Source: a virus (Duplodnaviria; Caudoviricetes). Taken from it: a DNA stretch of 29,867 bases. The position numbers and the translations under genes were made by a program. The notes beneath the pieces were generated by a model. It searched no databases. It saw only the letters and a list, made by a program, of their open reading frames with translations, and was not told the origin of the DNA. Below are positions 1 to 8,879 of the stretch, piece by piece; the stretch's first letter is position 1, and the number at the start of each line of letters is the position of its first letter. The stretch covers positions 1 through 29,867 of the IMG/VR virus record IMGVR_UViG_3300025368_000016; one strand, written 5' to 3'.

Positions 1-191
1 GAAGTAAAACTTGCGGGCGTATATTTAACTAAATCGTAATTAAATTTCAAATCCGGGATTGAATTGGTGAAAAAATCAACTCCAATCAGAAGCGGATGCC
101 CCCAATCAATCTCCACGTCATCCCACGCGCTGGGCACCATGTTGGGCGGCAGCAGCAGCGGATGACGGTCGTAGCGGCGGATGTAGGCCAT
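1..191 (-). CDS. Partial CDS (runs off the window edge); probable receptor-binding / LamG-like lectin protein N-terminus
   Basis: Not in the ORF track. ATG at 191 with an open frame to the edge: MAYIRRYDRHPLLLPPNMVPSAWDDVEIDWGHPLLIGVDFF... The IDWxHPL motif resembles N-termini of phage LamG/ConA-like proteins (recalled, not searched). Confidence 0.6.
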   Translation of the reverse strand, partial: MAYIRRYDRHPLLLPPNMVPSAWDDVEIDWGHPLLIGVDFFTNSIPDLKFNYDLVKYTPASFT

Positions 192-203
192 GGCGCGTCA
201 GCC

Positions 204-707
204 TTAGCCGTTGAGGTTGAGGTTGGTGGCGCGGAGATAGGACGCGAACGCAGCCGAGGAATTGGTGGTCTGACCCGAGTTGTTCGCCAAGAAGAACTTA
301 CCTGACCCACGCGGCAGCATAAACCACGCCGTCGTGCCGACCATGGCCGTGCTCGCGGCGGTCAGGCCCAGCGTCATGTTGCGCATGTAGTAGCCCGATG
401 ACGGCACGGTAGATGAAGCGCTGCCCGACCCGTAGGCCAGACCGTCACCGTAGGTGCTGCCGTCGCCGTTCAGCGGAAGCCAATACAGCGTCCAATAAGG
501 CGATCCCGTCAGCGCCGTGCTGCCATTCAAACAAGTGAACGAGAACTCAAAATAGAGATCGTCGTTGGAACTGTTGTCGAACGCGGTGGACAAAACGCCG
601 GACCCTGATGCTAGGCTGTTGAACGACGCCACCGTGAAGTAGGAGGAGAGGTTGAGGTAAGACCCGGAATTAAGCGTGCCGGGAGCAAGTTTCAAAATAG
701 CAGTCAT
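204..707 (-). CDS. Hypothetical virion-associated protein (tail-fibre accessory cassette), 167 aa
   Basis: Ser/Gly/Thr-rich, beta-strand-like sequence. Its start overlaps the upstream stop (TAATG at 707). Lies downstream of the tail fibre. Confidence 0.7.
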   Translation of the reverse strand: MTAILKLAPGTLNSGSYLNLSSYFTVASFNSLASGSGVLSTAFDNSSNDDLYFEFSFTCLNGSTALTGSPYWTLYWLPLNGDGSTYGDGLAYGSGSASSTVPSSGYYMRNMTLGLTAASTAMVGTTAWFMLPRGSGKFFLANNSGQTTNSSAAFASYLRATNLNLNG

Positions 708-1210
708 TACACGTTCCTCGCAGCCGTCAGGTCTTCTTCATTCACGCCATTTGGCCAGCCAAGCTGCGCTTTCAAAGTGAGTGTTGAAGGCGTCCTGAGC
801 GCAGTGATGGCTGTTGCTGCCGCTTGCGGGACGAGATTCGCCGTTACAAGTTCTGCCAATCCTGCATCAAAAATGCCCGCCTTGGTCGCGTCACTGGTCT
901 GGATCACCGTGAGGCCGCCGCCGTTGGCCCCAGCCACGAGGTATTGCAAATTGAGGCATACGTCCCCGGAAGCACTCGCCGTGGTCTTGGCTGCTTCCGC
1001 CGCCCGCGCTACCGCAGGCCATGCGCCATACGCCAGCAACAGGTTGAAGGCGTCATGGATGCCCGTGTCCAGATTGGGCTGCGTCACTGTGGCCGCATTG
1101 ATGTCCGCCAGAATCTGAGCATCCGTCCACCCAGGGTTGGACGCCTGGCGTTCGGCAGCAGCGGCTTTAAGCCCTACGTAGTCCGGCATATCATGCACTC
1201 GTGATTTCAA
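707..1210 (-). CDS. Hypothetical phage protein, ~160-167 aa (true start may be the ATG of MPDYVG)
   Basis: Tightly packed between the tail fibre and the 204..707 gene; normal protein-like composition. Confidence 0.7.
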   Translation of the reverse strand: MKSRVHDMPDYVGLKAAAAERQASNPGWTDAQILADINAATVTQPNLDTGIHDAFNLLLAYGAWPAVARAAEAAKTTASASGDVCLNLQYLVAGANGGGLTVIQTSDATKAGIFDAGLAELVTANLVPQAAATAITALRTPSTLTLKAQLGWPNGVNEEDLTAARNV

Positions 1211-4200
1211 GGTTGAGGACAGAGTTGGTAGGCGACCCAGAAGCGGACGTGATCACAACTGTGATCTGCTGACCGGCGGCGACGCTGTTGGCACCCGTGG
1301 CGACCGTGTTCGTGGCAGAGGACGTGACGCTCACCGCAGATAGGCCCGTCACGTTGGTGCCAGCGATCTGGATCGCCGCCGTAAACGTGCCGGTTGTGCT
1401 CACGCTATCAAGCGAATTGATCGTGAACGCAACAGGCGCTTTATACAGCATGATGTAGGTGCCGTTTGCAACAATCGCGCCATTGTCAAAAATAAGCTGA
1501 ATAGACCCGTTAAGGTTGGCAATTGTGCCAACCGTGGAGTTCACGCTCATTTTACCGGCGGACGAGATCGTGACTGCATCCGTTGCGCCGGAATTGACGA
1601 CAAAGTGAATGGCATTGCTCGTCGTGGTGCCAAGCGCCAGATCGCCCGAGGTTGCGGTCACATAGGTGTTGTTCGCGCCGTTGAATGCACCAGACCCGGA
1701 GAAGTTGCTCCCGTTGATACCGAAGTTGCCGTAATAGGTGCTGCTGGTCCCAAGGTTGTTGGACACCACAACGTCGGCAGAGGCGACCGTGCCACTGTTG
1801 CTGTTCTGTATAATGACTTGGCCGTAGCTGTTGGCGCTATAGTTCAACGCAACCAGATTGTTCACGTCGCTATAGGTCATCGTTCCATACGAGAACGCAC
1901 CCGTGTTCGCTGCAGTGCCGATGGCTTTGGTTGTGGTGGAGCTTACCGCAGTCGTGTTGCCCGCGTTGTCAACATTCCAGAGCGTATTGTAAGGCTGCGA
2001 CGTGCTGGTGCTGTCGATCAGGACATAGGCATACCGAACGATGACGCCCGAATAGGTCGCATATGCGTCATACCAACCGTTGGTGGTGCCGTTGCTGGAA
2101 TTGACGATGACGCCCGTTGTGCCACGAGCGGCGCCCAGAGACACCACATTGAGGCCGGTCTTGGAGTTGTATCGAGCGTATTGCGACTGGTTGACCGGAG
2201 ACGACATATCAATTTCGATGCCGGTCAGCGCACCGTCAACGTTGCCCGTAGCGCCTGCCACCGCGCCCCACACACGGGCGTTGACGACGGCACCCGTGCC
2301 GCTCATCTGGCGACCAACAACGTCCTTGGCCACCGTAGCGGTGTCGTAGAGCGTGCCAGTCGTATACGTGCTGGCGTCGTAGCAGAGAGCATTGTCATAG
2401 CCCGCTGCCTTCTCGTAGTTGGCCGTGCCCGACTGCGACGCTACAACCAATTGACTCACTGCGCCGAAAGCGTTGGTGTTAGCCGAGTTAGATGTCGCAA
2501 TGACTTGGGCCGATGTGCCTGCTGTTGGCGCTGACCCTTGGCCCAGAACCGATCCGTCCGAGATCGCGCCCAAAGACCCCGTGCCGGTCAGCTTTGCGCC
2601 GGAATCAAACTGCACCGCAAAGCCATTGGGGATTGCGACGCCGGACGTGTTGAACTTGTAGGTGCCCGCGGGGAAATAGTATGTCCCGAAGCCCGCGCCC
2701 TGCGTGGCCGTCACCATGGACGAGAACAGCGTCGAGTTGTCGCTGGTCCCCGTGGGGTCCAGGCCCCAATCCAACACGTTGATGTGGTCAGCCGCCCTGG
2801 CAGCCAACGTGCGAGCGGTCGTGCTGCTGGTGGCGGTCGAAGGGATCGCCGACGTAGTGGTCACGCCTGTGCCGCCGTTGGCCGGCGCCAACTGCCCGGT
2901 GACGTTCGTGCTCGACGCCAGGTTCAGCGTCCCGAACTGCGGCGCCGTGCTGCCGCCGACGCTGAGAAGCGGCTGGCCCGACGTGCCGACAGCAGTCACG
3001 CCGGGCGCATTACCTGCGCCGCCGCCGTAGACCACGCCGTATTGCGTGAGGGCGCCCGAAGATGCCCACGTGGACGCGCTGCTGAAATACGGAATGCCGC
3101 CAGACGTGCCCGCAACCGTCAAAGCAAGCGTGCCGCTGCTGGTGATAGGCGACCCCGAGACGGAGATCAGACCGCCCGTAAACGTCTGCCCGACGCTCGT
3201 GACTGTCCCGGTGCCGGATGGCGTGGCCCAGGTGCCATCGCCGCGCAGGAACGTCGTGCCGCTGGGCGTGCCCGTCACTGCGCCCGACAACGCCGTGGCC
3301 GACGAAATCAGCGTGCCGCTGGACGGCGCGGCAAGACCCGTCGCCAGCAAAGTGCCTGTCGTGCCGTTCCATGTTGGCACGTAACCGCTGGTCGAAGATC
3401 CTGGGCCGCTGACGTTGCCGCCGCCGCTGGGAGACGCCCATGTTCCGTCACCACGAAGAAACGTTGAACTGCTGGGCGTTCCGGTAACAGGGTTGCTGTT
3501 AGGCTGCAAAGACGACGTAAGCACATAGCCGCTCGTTGGGAGCGTTACGTTGCTGTTTGCTGTAGTGTTTAAAGTTACAGAATAGCCGCCAGTAGTAGAA
3601 AATTGATTAGTTGTAGAAATACTGCCGCCGAGCGTAATAGTGTAGCTGCCATTATTGTGACCGGTTCCACCATAAGTAGGAGAAATTACCTGCCCTTGCC
3701 AGTTAGCAAGAAGGACGTTTCCTGATGCGTCAACTGCAAACTTTGTTGCAAGGCCCAAACTTGCGGCAAACAGTGCAGAAACATTATTCCCGAAAACTTG
3801 AAAAGCAATTCCAGTGCCAGGACCGGTTGAATTAGTTGTAAAGACCGCAGTGCCGTCGCTATTGATTTGAGCAGCGGTAGCGCCGTTAGCATTCACAACC
3901 AGCGAAGGCGAAGTTTGACTTGACGTAGCGCCGGATACAGTTAGCGCCGTAGAAGAAGTTGAAGTGGTTGCAATAGTCGGAGCGTTAGCTAAGACAATGC
4001 CGCCACTGCCAGTCGCGGTGCTGCCGAGCGCGGACTGCACGCCGGTCCCGAGCGCTGTCAGCCCGGTGCCGCCGTTGGTCGTGCCGAGCGTCCCGGTCAC
4101 GCCCGTCGTGAGCGGCAGTCCAGTGGCGTTCGTGAGCGTCAGCGCTGACGGCGTGCCAAGGCTGGGCGTTGTGAGCGTTGGCGAGGTGGCCAGCACGATG

Positions 4201-5219
4201 CCGCCACTGCCAGTCACGGTGCTGCCGAGGGCGGACTGCACGCCGGTCCCGAGCGCTGTCAGCCCGGTGCCCCCATTAGCCGAACCGAGCGTCCCGGTCA
4301 CGCCCGTCGTGAGCGGCAGTCCAGTGGCGTTCGTGAGCGTCAGCGCCGAGGGCGTGCCGAGGTTAGGCGTTGTGAGCGTAGGTGACGTAGCCAGCACGAT
4401 GCCGCCACTGCCAGTCGCGGTGCTGCCGAGCGCGGACTGCACGCCGGTCCCGAGCGCTGTCAGCCCGGTACCGCCATTGCCGATTGCCAGCGTCCCTGCC
4501 AGCGTGATCGTGCCCGACGAGGTGATGGGGCCGCCGCTGGCCGTCAGCCCGGTCGTGCCGCCGCTGACCTGCACGCTGCTGACTGTGCCCGCGGCGTTCA
4601 GCGTCGATCCGGTGATCGACAGCCCGTTGCCGAGTGTCAGGCCGTTCACCGTCGTGCCGGTCGCGGCGTAGTAGGCAAGCTGATTGGTCGTCCCGGCGTT
4701 CACGGTGCCGGACCCGGTGCCGCCGCCCGTCGCCGAGATGGTGATGCCGCCTGCGCCGTTGGCGATCGTGATGTTCGACCCCGCCGTCAGCGTCGAGAGC
4801 GAATAGCCGGTGCCGTTGCCGATCAGCAGTTGGCCGTTAGTGGGCGTGGCCGTGAGCCCCGTGCCGCCGCTGCCGACCGCCAGCGCGCCAGGCAGCGTGA
4901 CGTTGCCGTTGGCGGCGATCGTGAAGGCCGTGATGCCGTTGACGATGAAGTTGAACGGCAGCGGCGAGGCGCCGTTGAAGCTCTGGACCGACAGGTAGGC
5001 CGCGTTTTTGGAAATGCCCAGGCCAAGCTGGCTATACTGGCCGACCGGCGCCCCCGCCGTGGTGACATTGGAGATCGCGAACGGCGTGCCGCCATTGGCA
5101 AACAGACCCAGGCTGGTGACACCCGGCGTGACCGACGTGCCCGCGTCTTGCAGGACGCCCGAGGTCGTCCAGGCGGCGAGGTGGCCGGGCGAAACGGAGC
5201 CTGTCTGCAGAATGCTCAT
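1191..5219 (-). CDS. Long tail fibre / tailspike, 1342 aa, with a pectate-lyase-3-like beta-helix entry motif
   Basis: Gly/Thr/Ser-rich fibre repeats (NGGTG, TFLRGDGTW twice). The segment INVLDWGLDPTGTSDNS...YYFPAGTY is typical of tailspike beta-helix starts. ATGA overlap with the upstream gene. Confidence 0.85.
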   Translation of the reverse strand: MSILQTGSVSPGHLAAWTTSGVLQDAGTSVTPGVTSLGLFANGGTPFAISNVTTAGAPVGQYSQLGLGISKNAAYLSVQSFNGASPLPFNFIVNGITAFTIAANGNVTLPGALAVGSGGTGLTATPTNGQLLIGNGTGYSLSTLTAGSNITIANGAGGITISATGGGTGSGTVNAGTTNQLAYYAATGTTVNGLTLGNGLSITGSTLNAAGTVSSVQVSGGTTGLTASGGPITSSGTITLAGTLAIGNGGTGLTALGTGVQSALGSTATGSGGIVLATSPTLTTPNLGTPSALTLTNATGLPLTTGVTGTLGSANGGTGLTALGTGVQSALGSTVTGSGGIVLATSPTLTTPSLGTPSALTLTNATGLPLTTGVTGTLGTTNGGTGLTALGTGVQSALGSTATGSGGIVLANAPTIATTSTSSTALTVSGATSSQTSPSLVVNANGATAAQINSDGTAVFTTNSTGPGTGIAFQVFGNNVSALFAASLGLATKFAVDASGNVLLANWQGQVISPTYGGTGHNNGSYTITLGGSISTTNQFSTTGGYSVTLNTTANSNVTLPTSGYVLTSSLQPNSNPVTGTPSSSTFLRGDGTWASPSGGGNVSGPGSSTSGYVPTWNGTTGTLLATGLAAPSSGTLISSATALSGAVTGTPSGTTFLRGDGTWATPSGTGTVTSVGQTFTGGLISVSGSPITSSGTLALTVAGTSGGIPYFSSASTWASSGALTQYGVVYGGGAGNAPGVTAVGTSGQPLLSVGGSTAPQFGTLNLASSTNVTGQLAPANGGTGVTTTSAIPSTATSSTTARTLAARAADHINVLDWGLDPTGTSDNSTLFSSMVTATQGAGFGTYYFPAGTYKFNTSGVAIPNGFAVQFDSGAKLTGTGSLGAISDGSVLGQGSAPTAGTSAQVIATSNSANTNAFGAVSQLVVASQSGTANYEKAAGYDNALCYDASTYTTGTLYDTATVAKDVVGRQMSGTGAVVNARVWGAVAGATGNVDGALTGIEIDMSSPVNQSQYARYNSKTGLNVVSLGAARGTTGVIVNSSNGTTNGWYDAYATYSGVIVRYAYVLIDSTSTSQPYNTLWNVDNAGNTTAVSSTTTKAIGTAANTGAFSYGTMTYSDVNNLVALNYSANSYGQVIIQNSNSGTVASADVVVSNNLGTSSTYYGNFGINGSNFSGSGAFNGANNTYVTATSGDLALGTTTSNAIHFVVNSGATDAVTISSAGKMSVNSTVGTIANLNGSIQLIFDNGAIVANGTYIMLYKAPVAFTINSLDSVSTTGTFTAAIQIAGTNVTGLSAVSVTSSATNTVATGANSVAAGQQITVVITSASGSPTNSVLNLEITSA
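3997..4472. repeat. 201-bp (67-codon) tandem repeat, about 2.3 copies, inside the tail fibre
   Basis: CCGCCACTGCCAGTC recurs at 4000, 4201 and 4402. Protein unit GGTGLTALGTGVQSALGST(A/V)TGSGGIVLATSPTLTTP.LGTPSALTLTNATGLPLTTGVTGTLG. Confidence 0.95.
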
Positions 5220-5836
5220 GGCGCGAACGTGATCGTCCCGTGGGTGGTGAAGGAAGTGGACAGCACGACGCTGCCCGAGCCGGTGGACGTGGTCACGCCC
5301 GTGCCGCCGTTGGTGACCGGCAACACGCCAGTCGGCCCGACACTGCTGCTGATCGTAATGCCGCCGGCCGTGTTGGAGATGCCGACGTTGAGGCCCGCGG
5401 TCAAATTGGCGACCGTGTATCCCGACCCATTGCCGATCAGCAGTTGACCGTTGGCGGGAATGGTTGAAACGCCCGTGCCGCCGTTGGCCGGCGTCAGCGG
5501 CGTCGTCAGCACCAACGTCGGGATCGTCACACCCGTAGCGGACACCTGCATCTGGAGGATGCTGTTGACGAGGAATTGCAGCGGCAACCCTGGCGTGCCG
5601 TAGACGTTGAGGTAGGCCGCGTTCGATGACACGCCCAGACCCAGCGTGGTGTAGGTTCCGGCGAACGGCCAGGGGGTCGCGCTGTTTGTGATGGCCAGCG
5701 GAGTCCCGCCATTGCCGTAGAGCCCGAGGCTGTTGACCGCCGGTTCGGTCGCAGTTCCGCCGTCTTGGATGACGCCATCCGTCGCCCAGATCGAAACATG
5801 GCCGGGGGTGACGATGCCACCCTGCTGGACGGTCAC
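5216..5836 (-). CDS. Short tail-fibre protein, 206 aa, paralogous to the N-terminus of the long fibre
   Basis: GTG start with GAGGAG SD. PGHVSIWATDGVIQDGGT vs PGHLAAWTTSGVLQDAGT; both contain NGQLLIGNG.GY. Confidence 0.85.
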   Translation of the reverse strand: MTVQQGGIVTPGHVSIWATDGVIQDGGTATEPAVNSLGLYGNGGTPLAITNSATPWPFAGTYTTLGLGVSSNAAYLNVYGTPGLPLQFLVNSILQMQVSATGVTIPTLVLTTPLTPANGGTGVSTIPANGQLLIGNGSGYTVANLTAGLNVGISNTAGGITISSSVGPTGVLPVTNGGTGVTTSTGSGSVVLSTSFTTHGTITFAP

Positions 5837-5848
5837 GGCGGGCGCTCC

Positions 5849-6013
5849 TCAGTAGGCCTTGGTGGCGGGCTTCTTCTTCGCCGGCTTGCTGGCCGCAGTC
5901 TTGCTCATGCTCTTACCGGCAGGAGGCTTACCGGTCGCGCTCTTGCCGGCCGGGGGCCTACCTGCAGGGATAGCGATCACCACGTCGGGCGTCTTCTTCG
6001 TCGGCTTCTTCAT
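5849..6013 (-). CDS. Small Lys/Pro/Ala-rich basic protein, 54 aa
   Basis: ATG at 6013 in an ATGA overlap, preceded by AGGAG; MKKPTKKTPDVVIAIPAGRPPAGK... Confidence 0.7.
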   Translation of the reverse strand: MKKPTKKTPDVVIAIPAGRPPAGKSATGKPPAGKSMSKTAASKPAKKKPATKAY

Positions 6014-6177
6014 GACTTGCTCCTGCGTTTGACGACGGCGTTGGCCTGCTTGACGGCAGATCCTTCGGACGCGCCTCGACCGAGGGCCGCGTTCGCCACG
6101 TGCGCCCATTGCCGCTTCGCTTTGGGCGTAGACGCAGCGGCGGTCTTGCGTTTGGCATCAGGCGGCTTCCAGGGCAT
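6010..6177 (-). CDS. Small basic protein, 55 aa, ChaB/DUF2188-N-like
   Basis: ATG at 6177 in a TGATG overlap, GAGG upstream. MPW...KRQWAHVANAALGRGASEGSAVKQANA pattern resembles ChaB-like helical hairpins (by eye). Confidence 0.7.
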   Translation of the reverse strand: MPWKPPDAKRKTAAASTPKAKRQWAHVANAALGRGASEGSAVKQANAVVKRRSKS

Positions 6178-6491
6178 CAGCGCCTCACCCAAAGGACGGC
6201 AAGCGCCAGCGCACCATACAGCCCGAGACCCACGAGCTGGTGAGCGGACGGATCGGCGGGGAGCGCGTTGTTGAACAGCCACCACACCGAGAAGAGAGCG
6301 ACGACGCCGGTCAACTGGCCGAGCGCTACAACCGTCCGTTGACTCAGCGCTTTGAGCGCCGTCAGCAACAGAGACAGTGCGGCGTCGTTGACGCGCTGCG
6401 CGGGGGCGGTCGATACGTCGGTGACGGGATCGGGAACCTCGCGGTCAACCCCCACTTGACGAAGACGCGATCCGTTGGCGGAACCTGTCAA
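6177..6491 (-). CDS. Small two-TM membrane protein, holin candidate (start uncertain)
   Basis: Two hydrophobic stretches (VVALGQLTGVVALFSVWWLF; LVGLGLYGALALAVLWV) and a basic C-terminus RR. Confidence 0.55.
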   Translation of the reverse strand: MTGSANGSRLRQVGVDREVPDPVTDVSTAPAQRVNDAALSLLLTALKALSQRTVVALGQLTGVVALFSVWWLFNNALPADPSAHQLVGLGLYGALALAVLWVRR

Positions 6492-6678
6492 AATTCGGTG
6501 CTCCTTCGTCGTCCGAGTCGTCAGGGGCGGCCTTCACTTTCTTCACCCCGACGTAATAGGCCGTGACGGCCTTGAAGGCGTCCAACCGCAGGTCCAACCC
6601 TACATCCTTGCCCTGTGCCTCGTCCAGAATGGATTTCGCCAGCGTGGCCAGGCCTTCTCCGACCGGATCAGCGCTCAT
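6445..6678 (-). CDS. Hypothetical protein, 77 aa
   Basis: ATG at 6678 in an ATGA overlap with the upstream stop (MSADPVGEGLATLAK...). The longer ORF-track version overlaps the upstream gene. Confidence 0.65.
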   Translation of the reverse strand: MSADPVGEGLATLAKSILDEAQGKDVGLDLRLDAFKAVTAYYVGVKKVKAAPDDSDDEGAPNFDRFRQRIASSSSGG

Positions 6679-8879
6679 TTGATGGCTCCGATCTCGCGGC
6701 CGACCTCGTGCAGCCCGCCGAGGCCGGCCGCGGTCATCGCTGCCCGCTTGGTCCATCGTTGGATAGCCAAATACTGCGCGTCCCGGCTTTGCAGCCGGTC
6801 GATCTCGTCCAGTTTTTTCGCCCACGCTTGGACTACGTCGGCCGGAAGCTCCTGACTTTTTTCCAAAATTATGTTGCGAACTGCCGAAGCAAGACGCTGT
6901 TTGGGCAAAGCGCCGTTGGCGATCTGCGCCTCCAGCAGATCAAAAGGCTCCCGCAACTGCTGTTGCGCGCTGGCCACGAGTTTGGCCTCGGACGCAATTC
7001 GGTCCTGAGCCTGCCGCGCCGTTTCCGTGATGGCCTTCCGACGTTCCGCCACGTCTTTCTCACGCAGCCCGCGCTGTTCCGTCACCTGGGAGATGTCAGC
7101 CTCGGCCTTCTCCAGCTGCGCCACCTGGGCCTCGACGCGGCGCTCGGCGTTCGGGAGGGTTTTGAGCCAGTCCGCGTTTTTCGCCGCCCACGCTCGGGCG
7201 GCTGCGGCGTCCTTCGCCTTGGCAAGCTGGCTGAACGCGTAGTTGGCGGCCGTCTGTTCAACTGACGCCACATCGCCGCCATTCAAGGCCACAAGTTGCT
7301 GGACGGTCTTGGGCGTCTTGAAGAAAAGGCCCGGCAACGAGGCCGGATCGGCCGCAGGCGTTTCGACATCGAACTTCTCGCCCTTGAGGGCCTTGGTGCC
7401 GAGCGCCGTTTTGGCTGGCTCCAGCAATTCGGACATCTGCCGGTATTTGGCGTCGGCCTGCGCCAAGGACGGCTCCCATTCCGCGATCGAGGCGGCAAGA
7501 TCGTTCGCCAACTGGCCGGCGCGCTGCTGGCCGATCGCCGCATAGCCTTCCTCCGGGCGGCCGCTCGCGGCGTCGCGGAGCTTCCGCAGCGTCTCGCGGA
7601 GCACGTTCGGCTGCGAATAGGCGATCTCGCCCTCTTGCGCCGGCACAACTTCCGGGCCCTCTTCTGTCGAGCGCAACTGCTCGCCCTGCGCCGGCACGCG
7701 CCGCCCCTCCAAATTCGGCAGCAGCTGTTTGGTCAGCAGAGACCGCTCTTCCTCAGAAACCTTGGTGCCGCCCTCAAGACTCAGCTTGTCGCGCAGCGAC
7801 GAAAGGAACTGTTGGCCGGACGGTGATTGCTGCCACACGTCGCCCGCCGCGTGACGGGCCTGCATGGCATCGGTGGCATCGCCGTAGGCCGCTTCCGCAA
7901 CCGATGCCCGGCTGCCGCGCACGCCGTCATACCAGCGCTTGATGTTGCCGAGCATCTCTGCGCCGATCTCAGGCGTGGACGGCGCGGACTCCAGCGTTTT
8001 GCGCACTTGGCCGGCCGCGTAGGCCGCCGTGTCCGCGACCTGGCGCTCTGCTGCCGCCGCGCCATGAGAACTGGCCGTGAGCTGCTGCACCGCCTGCTCC
8101 GCTTGCGCCTGCGTGATCTCGCCGTGCTGTTGCAGCAGCCGGATGCGCGCCTCAGTGGCCTCCGTCGAAGGCTTCAACAGATCCTCAGAGAACTTGCCGC
8201 TGCGAATGGAGTCCGCCAGTTTGTTCAACGACTCCTTGGCGCTGGTGCCCGAAACCACGCGGAACGGCTGCGCCAGTTTGTTGCCGAGATAGGACGCCCC
8301 TTGCGCGATGGTATCGGCGACGCGCTCGACAGCTGGGATCGCCGCATCGCCCGCCCCTTTCAGGGCGCTGACGACCGATGCGGCCGCGCCAGGCAATGCC
8401 TTGACGCCTTTGATGGCGCCGGCCCCCAGAGCGGCAGCGGCTTCCATCGCGGCGGCATCCGGCGGGAAAGCCTGAGCCGCTTCGAGCGTGCTGCCCGCGA
8501 TTTCTTTCGTGGACGGCAGATACGGCCGCACCGCTGCGCCAAATTGTGCGGCGCCGGGAAACTCGGGGTTGTCATAGGCCGCGGCCTGTTCGACTGGAGC
8601 TTGCTGCTGCGCCCGTTGGCGCTGTTCGGATGCGGCAATCGCCGTGACCGGGTTGAAGCCGGGATCGCCTGGCGCGAGCGCAGCGGTCGGTGCGGCGGGG
8701 ACGGCAGGCGGGGCGGGTGCCGCAGTCAGAGGAGGGGCGCCGCGCGCAATCGCTTTCACGGCGCGGTCGGGAAAGTCCTTTTGCGCGCGAGCGTAGACAT
8801 CGGCCGGCGAAAGCGCGTCTGGAGCGTTCTGGTAGACGTGCTTGGAGCCGTCATCAAAGGAAAGCGTGATGTCCGCCAT
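6675..8879 (-). CDS. Large Ala-rich helical protein, probable internal virion / DNA ejection protein, 734 aa
   Basis: TGATG coupling at 8879. N-terminal MADITLSFDDGSKHVYQNAPD-type module, helical composition, last gene of the ejection-protein block. Confidence 0.7.
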   Translation of the reverse strand: MADITLSFDDGSKHVYQNAPDALSPADVYARAQKDFPDRAVKAIARGAPPLTAAPAPPAVPAAPTAALAPGDPGFNPVTAIAASEQRQRAQQQAPVEQAAAYDNPEFPGAAQFGAAVRPYLPSTKEIAGSTLEAAQAFPPDAAAMEAAAALGAGAIKGVKALPGAAASVVSALKGAGDAAIPAVERVADTIAQGASYLGNKLAQPFRVVSGTSAKESLNKLADSIRSGKFSEDLLKPSTEATEARIRLLQQHGEITQAQAEQAVQQLTASSHGAAAAERQVADTAAYAAGQVRKTLESAPSTPEIGAEMLGNIKRWYDGVRGSRASVAEAAYGDATDAMQARHAAGDVWQQSPSGQQFLSSLRDKLSLEGGTKVSEEERSLLTKQLLPNLEGRRVPAQGEQLRSTEEGPEVVPAQEGEIAYSQPNVLRETLRKLRDAASGRPEEGYAAIGQQRAGQLANDLAASIAEWEPSLAQADAKYRQMSELLEPAKTALGTKALKGEKFDVETPAADPASLPGLFFKTPKTVQQLVALNGGDVASVEQTAANYAFSQLAKAKDAAAARAWAAKNADWLKTLPNAERRVEAQVAQLEKAEADISQVTEQRGLREKDVAERRKAITETARQAQDRIASEAKLVASAQQQLREPFDLLEAQIANGALPKQRLASAVRNIILEKSQELPADVVQAWAKKLDEIDRLQSRDAQYLAIQRWTKRAAMTAAGLGGLHEVGREIGAIK

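Noticed and set aside
1191-5219. Diversity-generating retroelement or invertible fibre cassette
   Set aside because: No reverse transcriptase, no adenine-specific template/variable repeat pair, and no inverted fibre segment or flanking inverted repeats were seen in the window.
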